Positions 1 to 11,838 of a stretch of DNA of 64,000 bases are shown here, in pieces. The stretch is from Zygnema circumcarinatum SAG 698-1b (Eukaryota > Plantae > Zygnematophyceae). The number at the start of each line of letters is the position of its first letter. Within the stretch, counting starts at the first letter, position 1. Made by a program: the position numbers and the translations under genes. The stretch is from the NCBI GenBank assembly GCA_037447605.1, contig CM074823.1, positions 1,364,001 to 1,428,000 on the forward strand, in the 5' to 3' direction. A model generated the notes under the pieces. The model saw nothing but the letters and a program-made list of their open reading frames with translations. It was not told the DNA's origin and made no database searches.

Positions 1-300
1 CTGCGACGATCTGAGCATAAGGTGGTCATTGCACTCGCAATGGTTGGTCGCGCGCCGGACCAACCATTGATTCAAACAATTGCCGGAAACAGAGGTTAAA
101 TTCAGAGGTTAACAATCATCGCCAACGGTTGGAACCATCGATTGGCAGACCAACCAGCCCCACTGCCAATGATTGCGACCACCATTGCCCTGGCTACGAA
201 CGATTGACCGTGACCAATCGTTGGCCAGCCATTGGTCACGGGCCAACCATTGGTCCAAAGCCAGATCCAGCAGTTAGGGATCCGTTGTTAAACGCCCGTC
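1..300. repeat. Fragment of a dispersed repeat family built on AACCATTG/CAATGGTT motifs
   Basis: About 8 copies of (c)aaccattg or caatggtt in 300 bp. The same motif arrays recur at 27670-27860, 28340-28830, 44700-44880 and 55670-55780. Confidence 0.6.
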
Positions 301-441
301 GACCGTTTTTCCCGTTTCCCGTATTTTGTCGTTTTGAGACTCGACACTAACCAGAGGCAGTCGGTTTCTCTGCCAAGGGCCGGAACCCATTTGAGGGCAC
401 AACATTATGGAAAACTTGGACTAGTGACAGGATGATACGTG

Positions 442-3400
442 TCAGTTTATAACTTGACAAGCTCTAATTGGTGCATCCTCCATGTTTTTCGATCGGATCC
501 CATGAAGCTCGATGTAAACACTCCAAAAGGAACTAGCACAAAAAACAAAAAAAAAAAAAAAAAAAAAAAAAACNNNNNNNNNNCCCTCCCTCACTCCCTC
601 CCTCCCTCCCTCACTCCCTCCCTCCCTCCCTCCCCTCCCTCCCCTCCCACCCTTCCCCCCCTCCCTCCCTCTCCTCCCTCCTCTTTCCCTCACCCACAGA
701 GAGCTGCTATAGCGAACGTCTCCGTAAGGGCCAGCGTTCCCGTCAACGCCCAGTAGAACCGCACCCATGTGAAGGTCGAAATGTACGGCAAAACTAACCC
801 TAAAAACAGAACGGCTCGCTCATAGAACGTCGGCGTCGGCGTGGTCCTCGCCCCCGCGAGCCGAACTAGTTCCATGACAGTTAGCGGCTGTAAGCGTTGC
901 GGAGTATTCATTACCACATTGTCAACTCTGTGCTCATAAATCTTCCCCTCCTTGTCGAGTTTATATTCCGAAGTTCCGTCAAAGTGTCCCTGGGCTTCCC
1001 AGGGGACACGTGGCAGCCCACGGACCGACCATCTCACCGTGATGACCTTATCGGACGGCTGCCAGACGCGCACCACATCGACCCAAAGGGCTCGGAAAAA
1101 GATGCGTCCATGGAAACGGAGGGCCCAAAAAATAAGTTTGTAATTGTCAATTCCCGAGAAGGAATTGAGAGGGTCCCTGAAGGTGATGTCGTCCCTGCAT
1201 CACATCACCCCGACACCAGCGACATAACATCAATACATCACTCAGGATAGGGACAACGGTTGGGTGTGACAGCGATGACATAAGGCAGAAGATAAGGAAC
1301 ACAGAAGAGAAGGGAAATAAGGGTTTTTAGGGTTTTTAGGGTTTCTAGGGTTCTTACTAACCCCGATTAGGGTTAGGTACACCCTCTCCCATGTCCCAGT
1401 ACACACAAAAGGTGTGCCTGCTATAAGAAGCGAAGAGGAGAGTCGAAGATCAGGGGTAAGGGAAAGAAAGAGAGAGGAATTAGTGGAATATCACTCGTTT
1501 TCTCTCCCTCTCTCTCTCACACTTCCCCCCCCCCGCCCCTACCACATCCCAGACTGTTACTAACCCTAAAAATCTAACAAAAGAACCCAAAACTCCTTTT
1601 AGAAGGAATGTGAAAAAGAACACTCCAAATATTCAAAAGGACGAAATTTAGAAATGTGGAAAAAGAGCCGCAAAAGTCAAAAAAACCAAACCGAGAGAGT
1701 CTATGTATTCTGTATCTGTGTCTGTCTATCTCAACCACAACACGCGGAGTATATGCCACGTCATAGCACAAACACAAAACCAACATTTCTGCAGGAAAAG
1801 CAAACGACGAAAGAAGTAGAAGCCAGAATTGCCACATCACAATGACATTTTTTTTGCCTTTTCTGCAATTTTCTGCATCGTTTAAGAGAGAGGAGATCCT
1901 TGCAACAACTAGAAACAATTCAAAAGTTCCAACACTGTCCCTCCCCACACACTCCTACTCCTATCCTATTCCTCAGACTCTCCTGCTACCTCTCTCCCAC
2001 CTCCCATTTATGTCCTGCCCCACTTCCTCCTCTCCCTCTCCCTTTCCTTCCTCTCCTTCCTCTCCCTCTCCCTCCAACGCCTACCCATCCTTCTCCCTCC
2101 CCACCTCCCTCCTCTTCCTCCCCATCCCTTCCCCTCTCCCCCACCTTTTCCTCAACTCCGCCCCCGTCCCCCTCCACCTTTCTCACATATTCCTTCTCCC
2201 TCCCCCTCTCCCTCCTCCCCCTCTCCCTCTCCCTCATCTCCCTCTCCCTTCCCCCCCGCCTCTCACCCCCCCTCTCTCTCCTTCTTCCCCCTTCCCTTCT
2301 ATTCCTTTCCCTCCTCCCTGCCCCACCATCCTTCTCTCCTTTCCCCTCTCCCTCCTCTCCCTCCCCCTCTCCTTTTCTCTCACCCACTCTCCCTCCTCTC
2401 CGCCCCCTTCCCCTCCACCTCACCCCTCATCTCCATCGCCCTCTCCTCCTCTCCCCCCCCCCTCCCTCCTCTCCCTCCTCGTTTCNNNNNNNNNNCCTCT
2501 CCTCCTCTCCCCCCCCCCTCCCTCCTCTCCCTCCTCGTTTCCCCCCCCCGCTCCCTCCTTTCTCTCCTCCACTTCCCCCCCCTGCCTCCTCCCACTCCCA
2601 ACTGCCCCTCTCCCTCCCACTCTCTCCCTCCCCCCCTCCCCCCAACCTTCTCACGCACATACACAAGGAAAAGTTTCAACCCACCTGTAAATATCGTATG
2701 TAAGTTCTTTGTAGAACATGCTCGGCAGCTCCTCTCGCAAAGTCCGAATCGCGTATCCGACATTCACATAGTAGTTGTCCTGCTGCTCACTTTCCTGCTT
2801 CTGCCGAGGAGGAGGAGAGGACTGCAAAGCAGCGCTGAATTCTGACGATTCGGACAAAGAAGAAGACTGAAAGCAGAAACTGAAACTCTGATCTTTCAAA
2901 GTTTCAGACTCCAAAGAACGTCGCAGAGTTTCGGCTCCCTCTTCTTCCTTTTCTGCTCCTCCCTCTACCGCCTTTTCTTCGTCTTCTGCTGCTCTTCCCT
3001 TCGAGAAGAAAGGGAGATGGGCGTCATCTTGTGGATGCTTGTCACTACTTCTCTGCCTCTCTCCCTCCTCTCCCTCTCCCTCCTCCATCTCTCTCTCCAC
3101 AGAGAGTCTTACAAACGCACTCTCCTTCGCATCTTCTTGGAGCGCCAACACCTGCTCTGAGCAGCATTCCAAAAGAGGCTGAAACCGCGCGAGTTTAAAG
3201 CCCCTCTCAATGCATGAAAACCCATCTCCCATATCAATATTTGCGACATTTCCCAACTGGGTTTTCTCCAAAAAACCCATTTCAGATTCCTCCGACACTC
3301 TGAGGTACGGCTCCCTCAGCTCCAAGCTCCCTCTCACCTCCCTCCTCTTCCTCCCCCCCCTCCTCTTTCTCTCCCTCTCCGTCTCCCGCCCCTCCCAAAC

Positions 3401-3544
3401 CCTAATACCTCTCCTCGAAGAAGCAACGGCTTCATTCTTCTGAAAAGAAGGGACCCCATTTCCTGAAAGCTTCCCGCCATGGCTGAGCTCAGAAAACGAC
3501 AAAAGTCGGCATCGATCGATAGATGCTGCGAGAGAGAACGCCAT
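442..3544 (-). CDS. DUF2358 (NTF2/SnoaL-like) protein, probably plastid-targeted; 2-3 exons
   Basis: Exons 3544-2685 and 1194-694 (or to the TGA at 690), with an optional exon 532-442. GT-AG junction YDIYR|DDITFRDPLNSFSGIDNYKLIFWALRFHGRIFF...WQPSDKVITVRWSVRGLPRVPWEAQGHFDGTSEYKLDKEGKIYEHRVDN matches plant DUF2358 proteins as recalled. N-terminus is Ser/Arg-rich, like a transit peptide. Confidence 0.85.
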
Positions 3545-4319
3545 ATATGCTGAACTTTAATCGACACCCCCCTCCCTTTCTCTCCCCCCCCACCTCTCTC
3601 TCTCTCTCCTTCTATCTCTCTCGCTCACTCCTCCCTGCCTCCCCCACTCTCTCACTTACCAACCCCCCCCGCTCACTCTCTCTCTATATATCGGCTTTTA
3701 ACGAACCCTAAAAATGAGCCCGACTTCTTCCAAAAAAATAAAAAAGAAACCCACCATTCCCTTTCAGACTATCCGAAGGATTTTAATTCCAAAAAAAAGG
3801 AAGAAATCTTAAATTTCAGAAAAGATAGTTCGCCCCAAACACGCAGTCCGAGTTTATCTCTTTAAACACAAAAAATGAAATCTTCAAAAATACCCAATAG
3901 TTGATAAGAGTTGACCTTTTCGAGGTGGATCCAGCTCTTCTAACCCTAAGAAAATCAACTCCACATGCCCCACTTCCTCTTTTCTTACGCCTCAAAAAAA
4001 AAAACCTTCCCACAACAAACCACTAAAAAAAAAAAGAATGCTATCGGTATCCAACACAGGCGGCGCTTCAACTCTTAGAATACTTTTTTTTTTTTTTTTT
4101 ATCTAAAAACGATTTTTGAAGTGGGGTATCTAGATGAGGTTCTGGAAAATCGTCGAAATGATGTCAATATTTGGGTCAATAGGGAGAAAGAAAATTAGGG
4201 TTTGTCGCCATGGCTGGGAGAGAGGAGGGAGGTCGTCGCGGGGAGGGGGGGGGGGGGGGGAAGGCGGGACGTGGCATAGCGCCGGGCCACGAGAGAGCGT
4301 ACGGAAAAAAAAAAAAATT

Positions 4320-4560
4320 TCTGGGTTCGGGCAGGGCCGGGGCACGGGAGGGTGTACGGAACAAATGTTTTTTGGGTTAGGGCAGGGCCGGGCCAAGAGA
4401 GGGTGTACGGAAAAATGTTTTTCTGGATTCGGGCAGGGCCGGCCCTCGAGAGGACTCAGAGGACACACGAGAAAATGTCCTTTTTGGTTCGGGCAGGACC
4501 TGGCCAAGAGAGGGATGTACGAAACAAATGTTCTTTTGGGTTCGGGCAGCTCCTGGGAAG
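4320..4560. repeat. Degenerate ~55-60 bp tandem repeat, about 4-5 copies
   Basis: Recurring core ggg/gga-ttcgggcagggccgg...gagagggtgtacggaa-aaatgtttttt. Confidence 0.7.
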
Positions 4561-6071
4561 GTAAAAAGTGCAGTACGGAGAGTCATAAAATCGCGTGTAA
4601 AACGTCGAAATTTCAAGAAAACCAAGTTACAAATCAGTACTTATTGTTTCGAGAAGCCATTACGAAAACAAGAAAGACGTACTGTTTCTGAATAAACCTC
4701 GAAGAGGTCAAACACTGGGATGCCCTCCGTAGAGTTACAGTACGGGCCCCGCCAGTTTTGTACGGAGATTCGTAATTGGAAAATAAGTAAATAACTGCAG
4801 AAAAAAAAATCCGAATACGTATTCAGACGAAAAACTGGAAACTGAAAACTGGAAATTGTTTCTGAAAACGGCTTTATGGTTTTCCACTTTTCCAGTTCCG
4901 GGTTTCCGGTTTGGAAGGGCATTTAGTTTCGGGCAGGTGACCGTCACATGGAAGAGCAAACTGTAACTGTAACAGGACAACACGAAAATCAGAACTCGTG
5001 CACTTAGGCGCAGTTGTCAGGACTCGAACCAGCAACCGAACATAGGAGAAATGTCCACGTTGATGTAGTTCCATGTCTCCGAGACAACATGTTCCATGTC
5101 CCATGTAGCCATGTTCCGTGTTTCCCCTTGTACTAAGGGTGCACGTTATGTGTCAAACATTGTCCTTCTAGAACCATGTTGTTGGGCCTCGATTCTTAGA
5201 AGCAAGTTTTGTTTCATAGTTTTTCTATCCTTTTTTCATGGGTCCATGTTGGAATAGATATAATTCTTTATTAACTCAGAAGGGACTCTTCAGGCCCTTT
5301 CTCCATTGCCAGTGGATGGTCGAGGCAAGTTCTATGGCCACAGGGCTAGTTTAATCCACGTGGTCGATTGCCATTGGCGTTCTTGGCTAGAGTTTCGCAG
5401 TGGAGACAAGACCATGGTGTGGCCAGTTCACATGAAATGCATGGAAACAAATTGTTCAGCATGACCAGACTAGTACACAGATTTGCAATGTGGTCAATCG
5501 GAGATCGACGGTCCAGATTTAGCTACTAACTCAACCAATCGGATGGACTGTACGAACTAGAAATATCTGCATTTTAGAAGTTACGAATCAATTCTCCGTA
5601 GCGCGTTCCTGAAGTCCTTTCATTGCCACAATCCAGATTTGTATGCTACGGATTCCAAAATTTTGACAGAATCCAGGCTCAGAATCCGTAGCAACCAAAT
5701 TCGGATTCCAGCCAAGTCTAGGGATTCAAGACTTCAGAGCTAAAGTTGGAGTATAATTGAACTTCGTACACTGAAATCTCCCTTTTTTCATATACTTTTC
5801 ACATCACGAGTACTCATTCTGTTATTTGAATTATGCATTGTTGCCACAACTTTCATGTCTGAGAAACTCCCTCCCTCGTGCAAACTCCACCTGACCATCA
5901 ACGAGTGGTTACTCGCCACGTGTCTATCAAATCCACGTGGCGGATTCCCATTAGAGGGGCTCGGCTATAGGCCATAGCCCGTGTGCTGCCCTACGGCCTC
6001 CGTCCCTCGCTCTCCCTCTCCGCCTACCCTCTACAGTACCTCCACCTCTCTACCTCCGCTGTACGGACACC

Positions 6072-7917
6072 ATGGCTGCCGTACGGACAGTTGCGCTCGT
6101 CCTGCTGGGCGCGCTCGCGCTCGTCTGCGGAGCCTCTGCGGAGGTGGTGAAGCTCACGGACGAGAACTACGAGGCCACGGTGCGGATCTCTCCCTCTCTC
6201 CCTCTCTCCCTCTTTCCCTCTCTAACTCTCTCGCTACTTCTCTGTCTTCTTCCCGCACTCTGGCTCCCCTTCCCTCCCTCCCACCCTCCCTCCTTCCCTT
6301 CCTCCCTCCCTACCCATTTCTTTCCTCCTCTCCACTCTCTCCCTCTCTCCCCTCCCAGAGTCTCTCTCTTCCCCCCTCTCCCACTCTCACCCTGCTCCTC
6401 TCCTCCCCTCACATACACTCCTCTCCTCTCCTCTCCTCTCCTCTCCTCTCCTCACCTCTCCTCTTCTCTCCTCTCCTCTCGTCTCCTCTTCCTCCCTCCC
6501 TCCCTCCCTCCCTACCTCTGCTCAAATCAAAGTTACTATCTCCCCCGTTTCTTTTCAATATATCGTTTATATTTTTCGGATTCATTTACAGGTCGCCGAC
6601 CCGACGAAGGTTTTCTTTATCAAGTATTTCGCTCCTTGGTGCGGCCACTGGTATGCAGTTCGATGTGCATTCCTTGTTCCGTTCAGTTCTCCATCGATCT
6701 CCGTTTCAGTTTGCCGTCAAGTCTTACGGAACCGTTCTATGACTTGCTTAAGATCTCCTGTCAGTTTAACTTTTTTTTTCCACTTTTATTGACATTGTAA
6801 ACCCGTTGAACGCTCAAAATTGCATGACGAATCATCCAATTGTTGAATTTTCGACCTTGCTTTGGCTATGCTGACTCTATGACTTATCTTCACTTGCATT
6901 GACTTGAAATTTGCGTACCTTGAGTCGCTTTGACTTAGCTTGACTCGTGACGACTCGTTTTGACTTGACTTGAACTTATCTAATTCGATCATTACTGCTG
7001 TAACTCAGATTCAAACTGCCTTGTGTTGACTCATATTGACTTGCGTTGACCCGGATTGACTTCTTTGACTCACATCGACTTGCTTTGACTCGCCTTGACT
7101 TGCAGCAAGCGGTTGGCTCCCACGTGGGAAGAGCTCAGCGAGGAGGACATGTTCAAGGAAATTGTGATTGCCCACGTGGACTGCACCGATTCCAAGGACA
7201 CGTGTCAGAAGCAGGAGGTGAGGGATTAGGGTTTTTTCGACCTCGGAATTTTTAGGGTTTTGCTATTTTTCTGGTTTATGCCTTGGAGTCTTTTTTATGG
7301 GTTCAAAGGATAAGAACATGCACCACTGAGGTTCTCCCTTTCCTTCTCCTCTCCACTCCCACTCCTGCTCCTGTATCGTGATCCAGCCCGTGGTCCCCCT
7401 CCCTCTCCCTGTCTCAACCTCTCGCTCTCCCTCTCCCACTTCCTTTCCCTCTCCCTCTCCCTCTCCCTCTCCCTCTCCCTCTCCCTCTCCCTCTCCCTCT
7501 CCCTCTCCCTCTCCCTCTCCTGGTCCAGCTTTATCTCCCTGTCTTCGCCCTTGCCCTCATTCTATCCCGTTCTTTCTCCCACCTCCCACTCCTAGGAAGG
7601 AGAAGGTTGAAGGAGGGAGAATCCAAGGGCTATGCTTCAAGTGAAGAATGCATTTGTTGAGTTCTTTTGTTCTACGACCTTATTTCTTCCAATTTTGTTC
7701 GAGCTCCCTCTCGCTTTCTCCCACCTCTCTCTCTCTCTCTCACGCTCTCTCTCGTTACCTCTCTCTCCCGCTCTCACAGATTCGCGGATACCCCACCTTG
7801 AAGGCCATCTACAAGGGCGAAGAATACAAGGCTTATCAGGGCCCGCGCGACCTCGCCTCTATGCGGACCTTCATTCAGGGAGTGGCTCTGGAGACTGTCC
7901 ATGAGACAGCCGAGTAA
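6072..7917 (+). CDS. PDIL5-1: Single-thioredoxin-domain protein disulfide isomerase-like protein (PDIL5-1 type), 138 aa, signal peptide
   Basis: Exons 6072-6179, 6592-6650, 7106-7217, 7780-7917, all GT-AG and phase-consistent. Signal peptide, active site APWCGHC, and VDCT and RGYPT motifs. Confidence 0.88.
6860..7105 (+). repeat. Intronic degenerate (TTGAC)n pentamer array
   Basis: Dense ttgac/tcgac/ttgct units up to the 3' acceptor of PDI intron 2. A similar array lies at 9724-9950. Confidence 0.8.
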
Positions 7918-8353
7918 AGGGATTCACAGAGACAGAGAGGGAGAGAGAGGGAGAGAGAGGGAGAGAGAGGGAGAGAGCGAGAGAGAGGGAGAGAGAGGGA
8001 GAGAGAGGGAGACAGAGGTAGAAAGGAGGGGAGGGGGATGGAGAGTTAAAAGGAGGCATTTCCTTGAGTCATTGAAATGTTACATTGTGTCTTTCTTAAT
8101 GTTGTACACTCCTTTGTTCAAAACAACATCATCCACGTGTTGGAGAAGTGGCTAATGACTGAGACTAACTATTACTGATCACTAATCACTAACCCTTAAA
8201 CCCGAAACCCCATGTACATTTGATGGCATCATCATCGTGAGATCAATGCCACATCTTTTTCAAAAACCCTAAAATTCTGTAACCCTTAAAACCCTATAAA
8301 TTCGAAAGCCCTGAAACCCTAAAGCCTAAAAACCCTGAACCCTAAAATCAAAT

Positions 8354-8770
8354 TTGGACAGCCTTACCGGCACAACGCAGAAGCCCTACGCCCACAACGG
8401 AAGCGTTCCTATTGATATTTTTTCAGCCAGAGGAGCCACAAACCGAAACGGGACCCGTACGGACACGTATTCGACTGGAAGCCAGATCGGAATCATATCG
8501 CAATATCGCCGGCGTATCGTCTCTGCCCGACCGAACCTGCAGGCGGACGCTAACGCGATTGTGTACGGCTTTCCGCCGGCCGGCGAAGTTGCGGTAAGTA
8601 CGCTAACGGCGCCGGCACGTTTTGGCGGCCACGTACGATACGCTGACGATATCGCGATACACTGTCGGGCAAAACGACAAATCTGCGCCCCTTTTTTTTT
8701 TTCAACGAGTCGTCGACCAATCAGCGTCGACCTGACTGGTGGTCGGTGGCTCCTGATTGGTTGTAGCACT
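8354..8770. mobile_element. Probable non-autonomous element related (inverted) to 27930-28330
   Basis: The reverse complement of ggtggtcggtggctcctgattggttgtag (~8735-8765) matches ctataaccaatcaggagccaccgaccacc (~27934-27962). Shared gatatcg/atatcgcc and ttttgtcgtttt motifs. No termini defined. Confidence 0.5.
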
Positions 8771-8996
8771 CAACGCTGACGTCTCTACCTTCCCAACGAC
8801 AAAAATAGTGTACTTGTTGTTCGTACATTGTCGTCCTGAATCAGGTACGAAAATTTTAACTTTAGTGAACTCTCCCTCTCCTGTCTCGCCCACTCTCTCC
8901 CCATCTCTCAATCTCTCTCCCTCTGCCTGCCGGCACACTCTCCCCTCTCTCCCGATGTCCTTACATTACTCTTTAAGGAGGTCATGAAACCAATCC

Positions 8997-10200
8997 ATGG
9001 CCTCCTTCCCTTCGCCCCCTCTCGGCTTCTTTCTCCTCCTTCTCCTCTCCCCATTTCCTGTCCCTCCCTCCGCTGCTGCATATCCTCTTCTCCCTCCCCC
9101 CTCCCCCCCCCCCCNNNNNNNNNNGGGAGAGGGGGGATGGGGGATGGGGGAGGGGAAAGGGGAAGGGGAGGGGGAAATGGAAAGGAGAGCGGGGAGGCGG
9201 AGAGGGGGGTTTAGGAAGGGGGAGGGAGGGGGTGGGAAGGTGGGAGGGGGAGGGGGGAAGGTGGGACGGGGAAAGGGGGGGTGGGGGTTGGGAGATGGGG
9301 AAGGGGGTGTTGCCCTAAATTCCGTGAAAACCCTAATGACCCTAAAATCCTGAATGCGCCTTACCTTGTCACCCACACCCCCATCCCAACATTAGATATT
9401 ACAATAATAATAATAAGAATATAGTGACATTTCTTCCTTCCACCAATCACCTGTTGCGATCATAACACATCGAGCTGAATAGAAAAAAGTTGTGCTATTT
9501 TCTACAATGCAGAAGAGTTCCCTTCATCTTTTCCGACCGATTTTTGAAGGGTTGGAAGGCGTGGGATAAAGCGCACCCCCACGACAAAGTGAAGGTGACG
9601 AAGGCATTTATTAAGACGGGACCTTCAACGGCCGAGCTTATGAAAAGTAAAGCTACGGTTGTGCTCAGACAATACAAAAATCCGAAGGATTTGTACGCCT
9701 TCCACATTTGCAAAGTGAACCATGTAAGTTTGACTTTATTTGACTTAACTTGACTGGAGTTGACTTGGCTTGTCTTTACAGGGCTCGACCCGACTTGACT
9801 CAATTCCACTGAGTTGGGCTTGGCTTGACTCGAGGTGACGTGACTCGAATTGGCTTGATTCAACTTGACTTGGCTCAAATGGCTTGATTTGACTTCTCTT
9901 GACTCGTTCTCAACTAGACTTGACTTGGCTTGACTTTGCTTCTCGACTTTTCGATTTGCTCAATTTTGAGAGTATGCTGCGTAGTGTGAAGAGCCGAGTC
10001 TGAAATTCCCAAACTCGACATTAGAGTTTGCAGATTTCGTTTGACATCGCCCTCCAATACGCGCCCGAACTCCGCCGCATCGCCGCCGCCATTTGCGCGG
10101 CGCTTCCCGGAAACTTCTCGTGGGCGCACGTGCGGAGGGGCGACAAGGCGGAGATAAAGGAAAATTGGCCGCACGTCGACGAGGACACGCGGCCGCCGCA
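8997..10200 (+). CDS. O-fucosyltransferase-like (HVRRGDK) protein, partial; paralog of 41198-43571
   Basis: Exons 9513-9723 (RVPFIFSDRFLKGWKAWDKAHP...) and 10034-10200 (ISFDIALQYAPELRR...AHVRRGDKAEIKENWPHVDEDTRP) have the same intron phases as the paralog. A putative signal-peptide exon starts at 8997 and is cut by the gap at 9115-9123. The 3' exons are lost at the gap 10564-10663. Confidence 0.72.
9724..9950 (+). repeat. Intronic degenerate (TTGAC)n array
   Basis: Starts at the GTAAGT donor; made of ttgac/ttggc/tcgac units. Confidence 0.8.
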
Positions 10201-10205
10201 GTGAG

Positions 10206-10277
<72 letters not shown>
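10206..10277. repeat. (TGGGCA)n hexamer microsatellite, about 12 copies, intronic
   Basis: Perfect tandem repeat directly after a GTGAG donor. Confidence 0.95.
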
Positions 10278-10278
<1 letters not shown>

Positions 10279-10563
10279 AGACGGGGGCCGGGGCTTCCCT
10301 TAATCTTATTCTTACCCTTCTCGCTCTCTCGAAGGCCGGGGAGAGTGAGAGAGGCAGGTAGAACGAGAGGGGAAGGGAGAAAGAGAGGCCGAAAGTGCGA
10401 GAAGGCGAGAGAAAGAGAGCGAGAGAGAGAGAGAGAGGGAGAGAGAGAGAGAGAAAGAGCGCGCTTACAAAAGCACCACTCGTCCTTTCCTTCCTTCCCA
10501 AACCTTATACTAACCCCTCCTCCTCGCCTCCTCTCGCTCTCCTCCAACTCGATGTTCCCCCTT

Positions 10564-10663
10564 NNNNNNNNNNNNNNNNNNNNNNNNNNNNNNNNNNNNN
10601 NNNNNNNNNNNNNNNNNNNNNNNNNNNNNNNNNNNNNNNNNNNNNNNNNNNNNNNNNNNNNNN
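10564..10663. other. 100-N scaffold gap
   Basis: Run of N; truncates the O-FucT-like paralog. Confidence 0.99.
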
Positions 10664-11838
10664 GCTAAATTTTTCCTTTAAATTTGGAATTTTTTCTTAA
10701 CGTCGTTTTTTATTTCTGCAGGTTCTTGGATCGAGCGTGAAAATGGAAGTGGAGATTCCATCGGACTAAAAGTGTTCAAAATTTCAGGGCAGAAAAATAG
10801 TAAAAAAAAACGGTGGCGAAATATTGTTGAACGGGTGAAATAGTTTGGTTTTTTTTAAATTCTTGTTTTGTTGACTAGAGAAGGTCGGAATTAGGAGAAC
10901 AAGTATGGGTACGAAGTTTAAGGGCTTAGGGTTTAGGGAGAGGGAGAGAGGAAGAAAGGGAGGGAGAGACAGAGTGAGAGGAAGATAGGGAGTGGGACAA
11001 GGGGTTAAGAAGGAAGTTGAAAGGGAGGGGTAGGGGGGAGCGCGAGAGAGAGGGGGGGAGAGAGAGAGAGAGAGAGAACGTGAACTGTGTATACATAGTT
11101 AAGAGAGGCCGAGTGGCTAAAAGTGATAATATTTAGTTTGAACTCAGATAAAAATAAAAATTCAACAGATTGACATCCGGCACTGGCCGTACTTTGTTGG
11201 AGCATGTCATCGGAATTCACATCTCGGCATAAAAGTAAACATTTGGAATAACGAGTGGTGGAATACTGCACACGTCGCATAAGTGGGTGACATCGAACCT
11301 CACCAACAAGCCAACCCACCGTCCATCACCTTAGAATTGGGGGGGGGAGGGAGGGAGAGGGGGGGGGGAGGGAGGGAGAGGGTGGGGGGAGAGGGCGGGG
11401 GGGGGAGGGAGGGAGAGGGTGGGGGGAAAGGGAGGGAGTTGGGGAATACGGAGAGGGAGGGGGGAGGAGGGAGAGGGTGGGGGGAAAGGGAGAGAGTGGC
11501 GGAGGGAGAGGGTGAGGGGGAGGGAGGGAGGAGGGAGGGAGGGGAGGGAGGGAGTGGGAGTGGGAGTGGGGAAAGGGGAGGGAGGTGGGGGAGGAAGGGA
11601 GGGAGAGGGCGAGGGAGAGAGGGAGGGAGGGAGGGAGGGAGTGGGGAGCGAGGGAAAGGGTGGGGTGGAAGGGAGAGAGATGCGGTGGGGGGGGGAGCGA
11701 GGGGATGGGGGTTGTGAGGAGGGAGGGAGGGTGTGGGGGGAGAGAGATGGGGTGGGTGGGGGAGGGAGGAGGTGGGGGGGGAGGGAGGGAGAGAGATGGG
11801 CAGGTGAAAGAAAAAGGAATAAAAGAACAACAAAATGA

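Noticed and set aside
1842-2763. Long Pro/Ser/Leu-rich and Gly/Arg/Glu-rich ORFs on both strands
   Set aside because: They are translations of the CT/GA-rich DUF2358 intron, which lacks stop codons by composition. The same applies to similar ORFs at 5981-6800, 11283-13856, 22165-23253, 29116-31364 and 51830-53076.
10722-10769. Possible terminal exon after the first 100-N gap (TTTCTGCAG|GTTCTT...TAA)
   Set aside because: No frame resembles the last exon of the O-FucT-like paralog or any protein I recognise.
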